64,000 nucleotides of DNA from an uncultured archaeon (GCA_963799775.1 CAWCYD010000002.1:96001-160000), one strand, 5' to 3'. Positions 40,079 to 50,716 are shown, counted from the stretch's first letter. Made by a program: numbers and translations. Notes: a model not told the origin generated them from the letters alone.

Positions 40079-41293
40079 ATGATAGTCGGCGTCCCGAAAG
40101 AGACGGGGGCCCTAGAAAGGCGCGTCTCCGTGGTCCCGGAGAGCGTCTCCAAGTTCGGCGCTGGGGTCAGCGTGCTCGTCGAGAAGGGCGCCGGCGAGAA
40201 CGCGGGCTTCCCAGACTCCGACTACACCAGCGCCGGAGCCACGATAGCGAACGACGCCAAGTCCCTCTTCTCGCAAGCCGACATCGTCCTGAAGGTGACC
40301 CCCTTCACCCTGGACGAGGCCTCCCTCGTCAAGGAGGGTGCGGTCACGATCTCGTTTCTCTCCCCTCTAGCGAACCTGGAGGCGGTGAAGAGGCTGGCCT
40401 CCCGCAAGGCCACAACCTTCGCGATGGAGCTGATCCCGCGCATAAGCAGGGCCCAGCCGATGGACGCGCTCTCATCCCAAGCCAACGTGGCGGGCTACAA
40501 GGCGGTCATCCTCGCCGCTGACACCGTCCCCAAACTTTTCCCGCTCATGATGACAGCGGCAGGAACCATCTCACCGGCGAGGGTCTTCATCCTTGGGGCG
40601 GGAGTGGCTGGCCTGCAGGCGATTGCAACTGCCAAGAGGCTGGGCGCGGTCGTGGAAGCCTACGACGTCAGGCCGGTCGTCAAGGAGCAGGTCATGAGCC
40701 TCGGCGCGAAGTTCGCCGAGATGCCGGTCGAGGCCAAGGACGCCCAGGACGCCGGCGGGTACGCAAAGGCGATGGGAGAGGAGTTCACCAAGAAGCAGCA
40801 GGAATTCCTGGCGGGACGCGCGAAGCTCATGGATGTCGTGATAACGACCGCGCTCATCCCCAATCAAAGGGCGCCCATCCTCATCACGGAGGAGGCCGTG
40901 AAGGGAATGCGCCCGGGCTCAGTGGTCGTGGACCTGGCGGCCGAGGCCAAGGGTAACTGCGCCATCACCGAGCCCGGCAAGACGGTCGTAAAGTACGGCG
41001 TCACGATACTCGGGCCTCTCAATCTGCCATCGACGATGGCACCCGAGTCGAGCAGGCTGTACTCTAAGAACATCTCATCGCTGCTCCAGATAATGCTGAA
41101 AGACGGAAAGCTGGCGATCGATCCCAAGGACGATGTGATCAAGGGTTCGATGGTGATCAACGCGGGGCAGATCGTGCACGGCCCTACCATGAAGGCCATC
41201 GACCCGAACGCCGTCCCTCCGGCGCCGCCACCTGCCGCCTCTTCTGCACCGCCCGCTCCTCCTGCTCAACCGGGACCCGGAGGCAAGAAGTAG
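40079..41293 (+). CDS. pntA: NAD(P)+ transhydrogenase subunit alpha part 1 (dI)
   Basis: GVPKE...ERRV, PRISRAQPMDALSSQAN, MMTAAGT, GAGVAGLQAI, GGYAK, TTALIP, DLAAE.KGNC. Confidence 0.95.
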   Translation: MIVGVPKETGALERRVSVVPESVSKFGAGVSVLVEKGAGENAGFPDSDYTSAGATIANDAKSLFSQADIVLKVTPFTLDEASLVKEGAVTISFLSPLANLEAVKRLASRKATTFAMELIPRISRAQPMDALSSQANVAGYKAVILAADTVPKLFPLMMTAAGTISPARVFILGAGVAGLQAIATAKRLGAVVEAYDVRPVVKEQVMSLGAKFAEMPVEAKDAQDAGGYAKAMGEEFTKKQQEFLAGRAKLMDVVITTALIPNQRAPILITEEAVKGMRPGSVVVDLAAEAKGNCAITEPGKTVVKYGVTILGPLNLPSTMAPESSRLYSKNISSLLQIMLKDGKLAIDPKDDVIKGSMVINAGQIVHGPTMKAIDPNAVPPAPPPAASSAPPAPPAQPGPGGKK

Positions 41294-41296
41294 AAG

Positions 41297-41668
41297 ATGC
41301 TCCTCGAGCTCGCCGCAAACGCCACCGCGACCGTACCCGCGGCCATCTCCTACACCTCTCAGGACCTGGTCACGAACCTCCTCGTGTTCATCATGGCGAC
41401 CTTCCTCGGCGTCGAGCTCATCCGGCACGTAACCAGGCTGCTCCACACCCCGCTGATGGCCCTCACCAACGCGATCTCCTCCGTCTCGATGATCGCGGCG
41501 CTGATCGTGATGAGCGAGACCACGAACCAGACGCTCCTCATCCTCGCCACGGTCGGCGTCGCGCTCGCATCGACCAACATCATCAGCGGCTTCATACTCG
41601 TGGAGCGCATAGTCCGGCTCTTCAAAGGCAGGCCGAAGGTGAAGCCGAAGGAGAACCCCTCGAAATGA
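41297..41668 (+). CDS. pntA: NAD(P)+ transhydrogenase subunit alpha part 2 (membrane)
   Basis: LLHTPLMALTNAISS, NIISGF. Confidence 0.92.
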   Translation: MLLELAANATATVPAAISYTSQDLVTNLLVFIMATFLGVELIRHVTRLLHTPLMALTNAISSVSMIAALIVMSETTNQTLLILATVGVALASTNIISGFILVERIVRLFKGRPKVKPKENPSK

Positions 41669-43055
41669 CCCTCGACCCCACCTACGTCCTCGCGCTCTAC
41701 GTCGTGGCGGTAGTGCTCTTCATCCTCTCGCTCCGGTTCATGAGCGACGTCAAGACTGCGAGGTGGGGAGGCAGGTCGGCCGCGCTCGGGATGGGCATCG
41801 GAGTCGTCGCGACCCTGGCAGCGTACGCGATACAACGCATCGACCTTCTGGTTGGCGCGATTATCGTGGGTTTCGTGATCGGGACGCCGATCGCCCTGCG
41901 CGTCACCACGACGGCGCTCCCGCAGCGGACGGCCGTCTCTCAGGCGTTCGGCTCTCTGGCCGTCGCTCTGGTGGGGCCGCCGAGTTCTACGACTACCACA
42001 CTACGGCCAACACCTTCACCCTCTCGGTCCTCTCGGCGGAGATGATACTCGGCTTCCTGACCTTCGCGGGCAGCTGCATCGCATTCGCGAAGCTTCAGGA
42101 GCTCATCCCTGGGAGGCCTTTCGTCTATCCCGGAAAGAACTTCGTGAGCATCGCGATACTCATCGTGGCGGCGGCGGTAGGGGTCTTCCTCGTCGCCGAG
42201 CCCGCGCAGACCTTCGCCCTCCCGATAATGGCGGCCCTTGCGCTCGTCTTCGGATTCCTCCTCGTGATGGGTATCGGCGGCGCCGACATGCCGACGGTGA
42301 TCGCGATACTAAACGCATACACGGGAATGTCCGCGGCGGCCCTGGGCTTCGTCCTCAACAACAAGCTCCTCATCGTCGCAGGCTCCCTCGACGGCTCTTC
42401 GGGGTTCGTCCTCGCGTTGATCATGAGCCAGGCCATGAACCGCTCCTTCACGAACGTGCTCTTCGGAGGGGTCGGGGCCAAGGTGGTGAAGGGGGCTCCG
42501 GGAGCGGCCGCCGCCCAGGCCCGCCCGGTCCAATCGATGTCGGCTGCCGACGTCGCGACGATACTCGAGAACGCCAGGTCGGTGGTCGTCGTCCCAGGGT
42601 ACGGGATGGCTGTGGCTCAGGCCCAGCACACCATCAAGGAGGTCGCTGACCTGCTGCAGGAGAAGGGCATCGACGTCAAGTACGGCATCCATCCCGTCGC
42701 CGGAAGGATGCCCGGCCACATGAACGTGCTCCTGGCGGAAGCGAACGTCCCCTATGACCAGCTCTGGGAGATGGAGAAGATCAACCCGATGTTCCCTGAG
42801 ACCGACGTGGCCATAGTCGTGGGCGCGAACGACGTCACCAACCCCGCCGCCAGGACCAACCCGAGCTCGCCCCTGTACGGCATGCCGATAATGAACGTCG
42901 ACAAGGCGAAGACCGTCATCTTCATCAAGCGCTCCATGAGCCCAGGATTCTCGGGAGCTGACAACGAGCTCTTCTACCTCCCGAACACTTGGATGGTCTT
43001 CGGCGACGCCAAGAAAGTCCTGTCCGACTTGGCCGCTGCCCTCAAAGAGAAGTAG
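41665..43055 (+). CDS. pntB: NAD(P)+ transhydrogenase subunit beta; frameshift near 41975
   Basis: IGGADMP, AMNRS, VPGYGMAVAQAQ, IHPVAGRMPGHMNVLLAEA, GANDVTNP, GDAK. Confidence 0.95.
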
Positions 43056-43083
43056 GGCGCCGCCTTTCACTGACTAGGGCCCT

Positions 43084-43551
43084 TCAGGGAGAGGATTTTC
43101 CGAGGGGCCTCGGGAATGTCGACTCTCCCGTCTCGATGGTCTCGGTCCTCATCCACGCGTACCTCACGCTCAAGGCGTACCTGACCGCGAAAGCCACCGC
43201 GATGCCTATGAGGTTCGCTATCGCCGCCGACATCCCGTAGTCCACGCCGACGTCGAGGACCGCTGCGTTCACGACCAGGCCCGCGAGCATCAGGACGTTG
43301 AACTTCACCAGCCTCGAGGCCATTCTCCCGGACCTCCTGTCCTTGAAGGTCCACAGGTCGTTAAGGAAGAAGTTAGAGAGGATCGAGACCTCTATGGCAA
43401 TCGTGCTCGCGTAGAGAAGATACATCCCTGTCCCTTGGAGCACGAGCAGGAGTCCCTCGTTCACCACGACGCCTATCCCGCCGACCACGGCGAACTTGAT
43501 GAACGAGTTGTAGTAGTCCAACGAGAGGAACTTGCTCTTGCTGGAGGTCAT
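43084..43551 (-). CDS. GtrA-family membrane protein
   Basis: FIKFAVVG, SILSNFFLNDLWTF, four TM helices. Confidence 0.85.
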   Translation of the reverse strand: MTSSKSKFLSLDYYNSFIKFAVVGGIGVVVNEGLLLVLQGTGMYLLYASTIAIEVSILSNFFLNDLWTFKDRRSGRMASRLVKFNVLMLAGLVVNAAVLDVGVDYGMSAAIANLIGIAVAFAVRYALSVRYAWMRTETIETGESTFPRPLGKSSP

Positions 43552-44333
43552 GGCCCAAGCCCTATTCCTTGCGACCAAAGGCCCCGAGATAGTAGACCAC
43601 GTACAGGACCGACAATCCCGCGACAGCCACCAAGACGAACCTGCCCGGCTGAAGCGGAAAGAGAGTCGAGGGAGCTCTGCCAGAGGGGGCCTGCGGAGTA
43701 GCCTACGTAGATCAGGATCGCAGACCAGATGAACGCTCCTGCCGTCGTCAAGACTGCGAAGGTCCGGAGCTTCATCTTCAGCAGGCCCGCGGGGATAGAT
43801 ATGATCGACCTCAATCCCGGGAGGAGCCTCGCCACGAAGACGGTCACGGCCCCCTTGGAGTCTATCCACCTCTCCCCGTTGTCGAGGTGCGTCTGGGAGA
43901 CTCCTATCCTTCCCATCAACCTGTACACCAAGGGCCTCCCCAGCCACAGGGCGAGATAGTAGTCCACCAACGCTCCCACAAGGCCCGCGATCGTCGCGTC
44001 GATGATCGCGAGCTCGAGGTTCATCTTTCCGAGGTAGACGGCGTAGCCCGCCAGCGGAAGCACGAGCTCGCTGGGTATGGGGAGCGCGGCGCTCTCCATG
44101 GCCATCAGGACGAAGAGACCGGCATACCCCGTGTTGAGCCATGAGTTCAGCACCCCCATGGAGAAGACCGAGCCAGACGAGACCGCCTTTCCGATGCTGG
44201 ACTCGAACGGCAGGTTCACGATGTCGATAAGCTCGACCAGGCTAAGGCAAAGGGCGAACAGAGCCACCGCTGCGAGATACTTGTTCCTCGGAAGGAATGC
44301 GTAGCCTCGCCTAGGAAGGCCTGGATTCCCCAT
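43548..44333 (-). CDS. DedA-family membrane protein
   Basis: ESAALPIPSELVLPLAG, ARLLPGLRSIISIPAG. Confidence 0.9.
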   Translation of the reverse strand: MGNPGLPRRGYAFLPRNKYLAAVALFALCLSLVELIDIVNLPFESSIGKAVSSGSVFSMGVLNSWLNTGYAGLFVLMAMESAALPIPSELVLPLAGYAVYLGKMNLELAIIDATIAGLVGALVDYYLALWLGRPLVYRLMGRIGVSQTHLDNGERWIDSKGAVTVFVARLLPGLRSIISIPAGLLKMKLRTFAVLTTAGAFIWSAILIYVGYSAGPLWQSSLDSLSASAGQVRLGGCRGIVGPVRGLLSRGLWSQGIGLGP

Positions 44334-44390
44334 ACCTTCGGTCGTCCGTTGGATTGGGCCTTATAGGAGTTATGAGAATTATTCCTGTTC

Positions 44391-44993
44391 CTAGACGGGG
44401 TTCGAATCCGCGAAGCCCATGAGATAGCCGCCGAGACCCAAAAGCCCAATCAGAGCAGGATAGACTATCATCCTCTCCATCCCTCCCTGTCCAAGCCCCA
44501 GAAAGGTGTCGGTCGCGTAAAGGATGGTGGCCGCCAGGGTCAAGACCCCGATCACGGCGGAGAAGTAGGTATAGGGCGCCCTCGCCACCTTGTAGACGAG
44601 CAGCGCCTGGATCCCGGCGGAGACGAACGTCAACGCCGAGACAAAGATGTGGACGCTCCCGAAGCTCTCGTTGAACACGCCCACCCCGATAGCGCCGATC
44701 CCGCCGAGCGCCTGGAAGAACGGGAGCGCCTGTGCCCCCGAGCCTCTCCAGATCAAATAGGCGGCGAAGAGGACCATCACTCCGAGAAAGACGACGGAGG
44801 CGTCGAATATCTCGGAGGACGGCTGGACGAAGGTGCAGACGCCGCTCCTGCAGGTCGCACCCAGGTCGCTGACGGTGTTGACGGAGACATCGTAGCCGGG
44901 ATAGTAGATCTCCGCTAGCTCAAAGAAGAACACGAACTGCCCGGTCGCAATGAAGAGGAGCGCACCCGCCCGCTTCAGGCTCCGCGCCTCCAT
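44391..44993 (-). CDS. DUF998-family membrane protein
   Basis: YPGYDVSVNTVSDLG, GVGVFNE...H, GGMERMIVYP. Confidence 0.8.
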   Translation of the reverse strand: MEARSLKRAGALLFIATGQFVFFFELAEIYYPGYDVSVNTVSDLGATCRSGVCTFVQPSSEIFDASVVFLGVMVLFAAYLIWRGSGAQALPFFQALGGIGAIGVGVFNESFGSVHIFVSALTFVSAGIQALLVYKVARAPYTYFSAVIGVLTLAATILYATDTFLGLGQGGMERMIVYPALIGLLGLGGYLMGFADSNPV

Positions 44994-45176
44994 CGCACCA
45001 AGTGAGGGCGAACGCTTGTTTAAAAATTAGGGGGCGCGCCTTACATTCGGTTGCTCGGCCCTCGAGGGCGCCTCCGCCTTGCAATCATTCCTGGCGAGAG
45101 GCTCCCCACGGGCACCCGGAATTGCTCGCCCGCACGGTCAAATTTTTAACACGTCGGTGCAAAAAGACGCGTTTGA

Positions 45177-45254
45177 TGCTAAACATATGGCTGATTTGCG
45201 TCGAACATGGTAATCATATGTTAGCAGAAATCCGCATAAATTTATATAATATGC
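45177..45254 (+). promoter_or_regulatory. amt promoter with inverted repeats
   Basis: TGCTAAACATATG (45177) / CATATGTTAGCA (45215); GCATA...TATGC flanking the TTTATATA box at 45241. Confidence 0.5.
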
Positions 45255-45272
45255 AAGCCTAGGCTCCGTGAA

Positions 45273-46770
45273 GTGAACGAATCCCTGCCTGTTTCCGACA
45301 GCGCACCGATGCGACTGACGAAATTCCTCACTGCAAGATTCACGCTGCCGATCATCGTGCTGATGGTCCTGCTCCTGGTGCTGAGCGCGCATTCGGCGTT
45401 CGCACAGACGACCACCTACACGCCGCCGGCGAACCTCAGCAGCTTCCCCGCGGCCTCCGTGCCAGCCTGGCTGGACACCGGAAGTAACTCGTGGATGATG
45501 ACGGCAGCCACCTTCGTGGGCCTGCAGAGCATCCCCGGGCTCACGCTCTACTACGGCGGTCTCACGAGGAAGAAGTTCTCAATTAACACGGCCCTGATGT
45601 GCCTGTACGGGTTCTCAGCAGTCCTGGTCATCTGGGTCATTGCTCGGTTACAACTTTGGCTTTGGTGCTGCTAGCGTAAAGGTCGGCTCATACGGAATTC
45701 TCGGAACGCTCAGCTCGGTCGCACCTGGGATTGTGGAAGGGTCCCAGGCGGCTGTCGGCCCTACAGGTCTACTCCTCAACATACCGACCTCCACGGTGGT
45801 CTGGTTCCAGTTCGTCTTCGCTGCGATCACCCCGCTCCTCTTCGTGGGAGCCATCATCGAGAGGACCAACTTCAAGGCGTGGATCCCATTCGTCCCACTG
45901 TGGTCGCTACTCGTCTACAGCCCCATGGCGTACGCGCTATTCGCGGGCGGCTGGCTCAACCAGCTTGGCGCAGTCGACTTCTCTGGCGGTTACGTCATCC
46001 ACCTGAACGCAGGCATAGCCGCGCTCGCCTCTGCCATAGCCATAGGCCCCAGGGCCATCAAGTCCAGAGGAATCAAGCCGTTCAACCTCTACTGGGTCTT
46101 CGTAGGCTGCGGACTGGTGTGGCTAGGCTGGAACGGGTTCAACGGAGGCGACCCGTACGGCTCAAGCATCGACGCCTCGATAGCAGTAATCAACACCGAC
46201 CTCGCGACCGCGGTCTCGGCCATCACGTGGATGGCGATGGACATGCAGTTCCTCAAGAAACCAACGCTGGTCGGCGCGATGAGCGGCGCGATCACCGGAT
46301 TGGTCGCGATCACTCCAGCAGCTGGCTACGTCAGCGGGTGGGGCGCGATAATTCTGGGCATCGCCGGCGGCACCATCCCCTGGGTGGCGACGTACAAGCT
46401 CCTTCCAAGGATGAAAATCGACGACGCGCTTGGCGTCTTCCCTGCGCACGGAGTGGCGGGCCTCACGGGCGGTATCCTAACGGGGATCCTCGCGGACCCC
46501 GCGGTGACCCAGTTCGTCTACCCAGGCCTCACGGGCGCTGCCTTTGGGAACCTGAACCTGCTGGGCATCCAGATCGTGGCGGCCCTGGTCGTGATCGTCT
46601 ACAGCCTCGTGATGACGTTCGCGATATGGAAGCTAATCGGCATCTTCATACCTCTGAAGATGACGGAAGAGCAGTTGAAGATAGGGGACACCGCGATACA
46701 CGGAGAAGAGGTCGAGCCTCAGGACGAGGAACCGGAGGCCTCGGAGATGAAGGCCACTCCGAGCATGTGA
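45273..46770 (+). CDS. amt: Ammonium transporter with a predicted signal peptide; frameshift near 45645
   Basis: [57 protein letters not shown] (both pore His present). Confidence 0.95.
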
Positions 46771-46879
46771 GCTCCGGTCGCACCTGGCGGAGACGCCATG
46801 CGGCCGAGCCCTCACAAGGGCCCCGCGTGGCGAGAAATCTTCCGGAATTCATAAATAATCTCGAGAAGTAAGTTGTAAC

Positions 46880-48136
46880 GTGAATTCCAGCAAGCTTCAG
46901 CCGTACAAGCTTGTGAATCTCGGAAGGCAGCTGAAGACACCAGTGCTCGTCCGTGTGGACATCAACCTGCCCGCCTCGAAAGGCCAGATCGAAGAAGACG
47001 CGCTCAGGATGAGGGTCTACGGCCACGTGCTGGAGATGTATTCGGATTACGCGGGCCTCGTCGTCATGAGCCACCAGGGCAGGAAGGGCGGAGACGACTT
47101 CACATCGTTCATGCCCCACTTCGAGACCCTGAGGAAGCTCCTCCCGCAAGACATGGACGTCGATTTCGTTCCTTACGACAAGGTGTTCACCGAGGACACC
47201 AAGAAGAAGATCAAGGGCCTGCAGCGCAGGCAGCTCATCCTCCTGGACAACATGAGGTATTTCGAGGAGGAGAAGAAGTGGGACGCGGAGAAGAACACGT
47301 ACGTCCCGTTCTTCAAGGGGCTCATTCAGAGCTGCGTCAACGACTCGATTCCCACCTGGCACAGAGAGGACTCTAGCCTCATGTGTCTGCCCTACATAGC
47401 GCCGACCTGGATCGGGTTGCGCTCCTCATACGAGCTGAGGATCCTCCAAGAGGTGATGAACAGCAAGGAGCCAAAGGCCCTGATAATGGGCGGAGCGAAG
47501 ATCCAGAAGGTGAACGACCTGGTCAAGATCGCGCACATGGGAGTCGACATCTTCACCGGTGGGCTCCCGGGACAGGTGATCGCCAGGTCGAGGGGGTACG
47601 ACCTCGGGGAGGCCAACAACAAGTTCCTGGAGAAGAAGTTCAGCACCGAGGACTTTGGCGAGGCCAAGAAGCTCGACTCTCTCCTCAAGTCCAGCGGAGA
47701 ACATACCACGCTGAGGCACCCAGTCGATTTCATGGTCGATGACGGCGGCGTAAGAAAGGCGGTCAAGATCGAGGAACTTCCCAAGACCACGGGAGAGATC
47801 AGGGACATAGGCCCCGAGACGATGGAGACCTACGCCTCCATGCTTCAGGAAAAGCCCCTCAGGATAAGGGCCGGACCTCTCGGCGTCTACGAGAAGGGCT
47901 TCCAGAACGGGCTCGAGCTGACCAAGAGAATCAGCGGCGACGGCCTGATCTTCCTCGGAGGAGACACCTCTCAGGAGCTCAACGCCGGCGGGTTGCTGGG
48001 CCACATCGAGGACTCCGGCGGAAGGATATGCATCAGCGGCGGCTCGTTCCTGCACGGATGGGCAGGCGGCAGGTTCCCGGCGATCGAGTCCCTCTTGAGC
48101 CTGCAGGGACCGCTGGTAATGAACTCCTCAGCCTGA
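46880..48136 (+). CDS. pgk: Phosphoglycerate kinase-family protein, divergent
   Basis: RVDINLP, SHQGR, LLDNMRY, HR, GGAK, DIGPET, GPLGVYE, GGDT. Confidence 0.8.
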   Translation: MNSSKLQPYKLVNLGRQLKTPVLVRVDINLPASKGQIEEDALRMRVYGHVLEMYSDYAGLVVMSHQGRKGGDDFTSFMPHFETLRKLLPQDMDVDFVPYDKVFTEDTKKKIKGLQRRQLILLDNMRYFEEEKKWDAEKNTYVPFFKGLIQSCVNDSIPTWHREDSSLMCLPYIAPTWIGLRSSYELRILQEVMNSKEPKALIMGGAKIQKVNDLVKIAHMGVDIFTGGLPGQVIARSRGYDLGEANNKFLEKKFSTEDFGEAKKLDSLLKSSGEHTTLRHPVDFMVDDGGVRKAVKIEELPKTTGEIRDIGPETMETYASMLQEKPLRIRAGPLGVYEKGFQNGLELTKRISGDGLIFLGGDTSQELNAGGLLGHIEDSGGRICISGGSFLHGWAGGRFPAIESLLSLQGPLVMNSSA

Positions 48137-48169
48137 GTTCTCTCTCTTCGAAGAACGAACGGCAGTCCC

Positions 48170-48478
48170 TCAGTGGTGCCCCGAGAGATCGATCCGACCC
48201 CTGGTCGTCAGTGCGAACTGCACCGCAAAGCCGTCTCCTTTCCCCTCGAGCAAGCCGTCTGAGACGAGGTAATCGACGGCCTTCAAGAATTCGACCCACG
48301 GATGGGCCTTGTTCGCGCGGTAAAGATCTCCCAAGGTCTGCGGCGAGACCACCACGAGGCGCTTCACTATCGAGGCGATTATCTCCTTCTCGACGGGCCC
48401 GGCTCTCCTCCTCTCGTCTTTGCGAAGCTCAGCTCCTTCGGTCCCGTAATTTGTCTTGGACATTGTCTCCTCGCTCAT
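48170..48478 (-). CDS. Small winged-helix-like protein, paralog of 32121..32450
   Basis: QTLGDLYRANK..PWVEFLKAVDYLVSDGLLEGKGDGFAVQFALTTRG. Confidence 0.75.
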   Translation of the reverse strand: MSEETMSKTNYGTEGAELRKDERRRAGPVEKEIIASIVKRLVVVSPQTLGDLYRANKAHPWVEFLKAVDYLVSDGLLEGKGDGFAVQFALTTRGRIDLSGHH

Positions 48479-48496
48479 GCTCTGGCTCTTGGCCCC

Positions 48497-48682
48497 CTAG
48501 CTTGCGAAGAGTCGCTCTGCGATGTGCTGTGGCGCGTGCGCCCTCGCGTGCTTCGTCATGTGGATGTAGCAGTAGGAGTCGCCACACACATGACAAGTGA
48601 AGTGGTATCCGAGGTTCAGCTTTGCTCCACAATACCGGCAGAAGTTCTCGCTCTTCGACTGTGCGTGTGCAGTCTCGCTCAC
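48497..48682 (-). CDS. Small zinc-finger protein (AN1-like)
   Basis: CRYC-x9-CHVC-x4-CYIH-x3-H-x3-H. Confidence 0.75.
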   Translation of the reverse strand: MSETAHAQSKSENFCRYCGAKLNLGYHFTCHVCGDSYCYIHMTKHARAHAPQHIAERLFAS

Positions 48683-48782
48683 CCTCTAGCCGCCTGTACG
48701 AATCAAAGGCCGTGAGAAGTATAGCACTTTCCGAAATGGTCTATATTACGCAATAGCGAATATAGCGTCACAGTACAACGCC

Positions 48783-48938
48783 CTACTTGGAGGGCCACGT
48801 CTTCAGCGTGTCGAGGATCTGCTTGGCCCTCTCTCCCTTGTAGTACTTCGTCACGAGCTTTGTGAACTGCAGGGGCCTGTTCGCATACAGCACCCTCAAC
48901 TCGCGGAGGAGCTGCTCTTCTGTGAGTAATCCAGCCAT
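48783..48938 (-). CDS. 51-aa hypothetical helical protein
   Basis: MAGLLTEEQLLRELRVLYANRPLQFTKLVTKYYKGERAKQILDTLKTWPSK; genome-like codon usage; TTAA element upstream. Confidence 0.6.
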   Translation of the reverse strand: MAGLLTEEQLLRELRVLYANRPLQFTKLVTKYYKGERAKQILDTLKTWPSK

Positions 48939-49040
48939 GCCGATCGATTCCTTATGGCCCGAGTGGCGCGCAGTTAAGCGCTTTGACCCGCCCAACGCCC
49001 GAATTTCTCGTCCCAGAAACGCATTAATCGAGGCTCCGCA

Positions 49041-49500
49041 AGTGAAAGACCTGTTGCTCTTCCTGGTATCCCATCGCCATAGCGTGGACAAGTGTCCGGG
49101 GAACGAGGGGAGGGAGGCGGTAGACAAGCACTACCGGAGCCTGCAGGTCGACGTGGCCGCGAGGCTCGGGATCAAGATAGTGTCCATGTACACGGCCCCC
49201 ATAGAGCACGCGCGTTTCATCGTCCTCCAGACGGACAGCTTCGAGGCGCTTAGAGACTACCTGGAGCCTCTCTACCTCATAGGCAACGTGGAGATCTTCC
49301 CGGTCTCTTCGTTCTCCCAGAGGGTCCAGAACCTCGAGGAGCGCTTGGAGCCGGCTCCGACGGACTACTATTGCATGACGTGCAGGGTGAACTTCTTCGA
49401 GAACGAGATGGAGACGCACCAGGGGCACAAGTACTACAACCAGAAGCAGATGGAGGACATTTGGCCCCACGAGCTGGGGGGCGAAGCCGGCGGCGGCTGA
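49041..49500 (+). CDS. GYD/DUF3303-like dimeric alpha/beta-barrel protein with a C-terminal CxxC...HxxH motif (start approximate)
   Basis: FLVSHRHSVDKCP...IEH.RFIVL...VEIFPV followed by YYCMTC...THQGHKY. Confidence 0.6.
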
Positions 49501-49661
49501 AAATGGCCCTCGCCGAGACATCACGCGCAAACTCGAACCTGTTCCTCTACTTCAACTTCGGCACGAACCCATGCAAGTGACACGCGCTGAAGGCAGGCTA
49601 TGACGAAAACCCGCCCGTCTTCCCACCTTTCCCGGAGGTCGTAAGATATCGTTATAGCCAA

Positions 49662-50324
49662 TTGCCTAACCGCCCGATTCTGATGTTCGCAGCGAGCGTC
49701 GAGGCTTCCGATTCGGGAGGCGTCCCAAAGAGAGGAAGGCGAAACCTGACTGTCTTGGCCGTGGCGTCGATAATCCTCCTCGTGCTCGTGCTTTTCGCCC
49801 TCGGAAGCCTCGGCGGCCCCCCAACCTCGAGCAACAGCCCGGCCTCCACCACATCGTCCACCTCCTACAATGTCGAGGCGTCATCCGTCCTGTCATCCGC
49901 CTCGAACGACGCCCCGTACGGCTACTCCCAAGGCTCCACGAAACCCCTCAACCCGAGGGAAAACGGTCTCACCAGCGCCGGATACGCGCTATACTCCAAC
50001 CAGGGAGGAGCCCTGGCGAACGTGACGATCCTGGTCTTCAACTCCACCGTCTCGGCGCAGACCTACGTGACGAGCGTCATCGCCAACGCCAAGGCCGTCT
50101 CGGGCTACTCCGACTCGACGTCTTCCCTGTCCTCGTTCGAGCACTATGGGACTTGCTACGGGTACGCCGAGAGCGACCCGGAGGGAGGTCAGTACGTCGC
50201 TAACGGGGTCTGCACGAAAGGCAACGTCTACATCCAGGTCCACGTGGCGACGACATCCTCGCTGACCTCTGCCGAGAGCGACGCGTCCGGTTTCGTCGGG
50301 GCCGCCTACCAGGCCCTAGCCTAG
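49662..50324 (+). CDS. Membrane-anchored Ser/Thr-rich extracellular protein
   Basis: Basic KRGRR + TM helix, S/T linker, two Cys in the globular part. Confidence 0.7.
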   Translation: MPNRPILMFAASVEASDSGGVPKRGRRNLTVLAVASIILLVLVLFALGSLGGPPTSSNSPASTTSSTSYNVEASSVLSSASNDAPYGYSQGSTKPLNPRENGLTSAGYALYSNQGGALANVTILVFNSTVSAQTYVTSVIANAKAVSGYSDSTSSLSSFEHYGTCYGYAESDPEGGQYVANGVCTKGNVYIQVHVATTSSLTSAESDASGFVGAAYQALA

Positions 50325-50716
50325 TCTGAGCGGGACTCTATCGCGTGAGGTCTCTGCATCTCGATCATTGCATATTCGTTCCCGCTCTCGTCCCTGAAGT
50401 TGTAGCATGGGCCGTCGGGGCATCGAAGCTCCCCCCGTCGGGCTTCCATCCACGAGCCTTCAAGTCCCTGGCCGCCTCCTCCAAGTCATCCACCTCGTAG
50501 ATTAGCCTCTTGCTCGGGGCCTTCACATGGTCGGCGATGAGCAGGTAAGGCTCCCCGCAGAGGTCGAATGCGGCCACCCTGGCGCCGAATGCCCTGCGGT
50601 TCCAGACAAGCTTCGCTCCGAGCTTCTTCTCGTAGAAAGCAAGGTCGTCGTCGAAGTTGGAGGTGCACCACATAGACGTATACGAGGCGGCTGAAGACGG
50701 ACTTGCTCTTCCCCAT
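50321..50716 (-). CDS. VOC/glyoxalase-family protein, frameshifted
   Basis: YVY...FYEKKLG, LIYEVDDLE, PDGPCYNFRDESGNEY across frames. Confidence 0.8.

Noticed and set aside
45273-46770. amt as evidence of ammonia oxidation
   Set aside because: Amt is ubiquitous, there are no amo genes here, and the surrounding genes suggest heterotrophy
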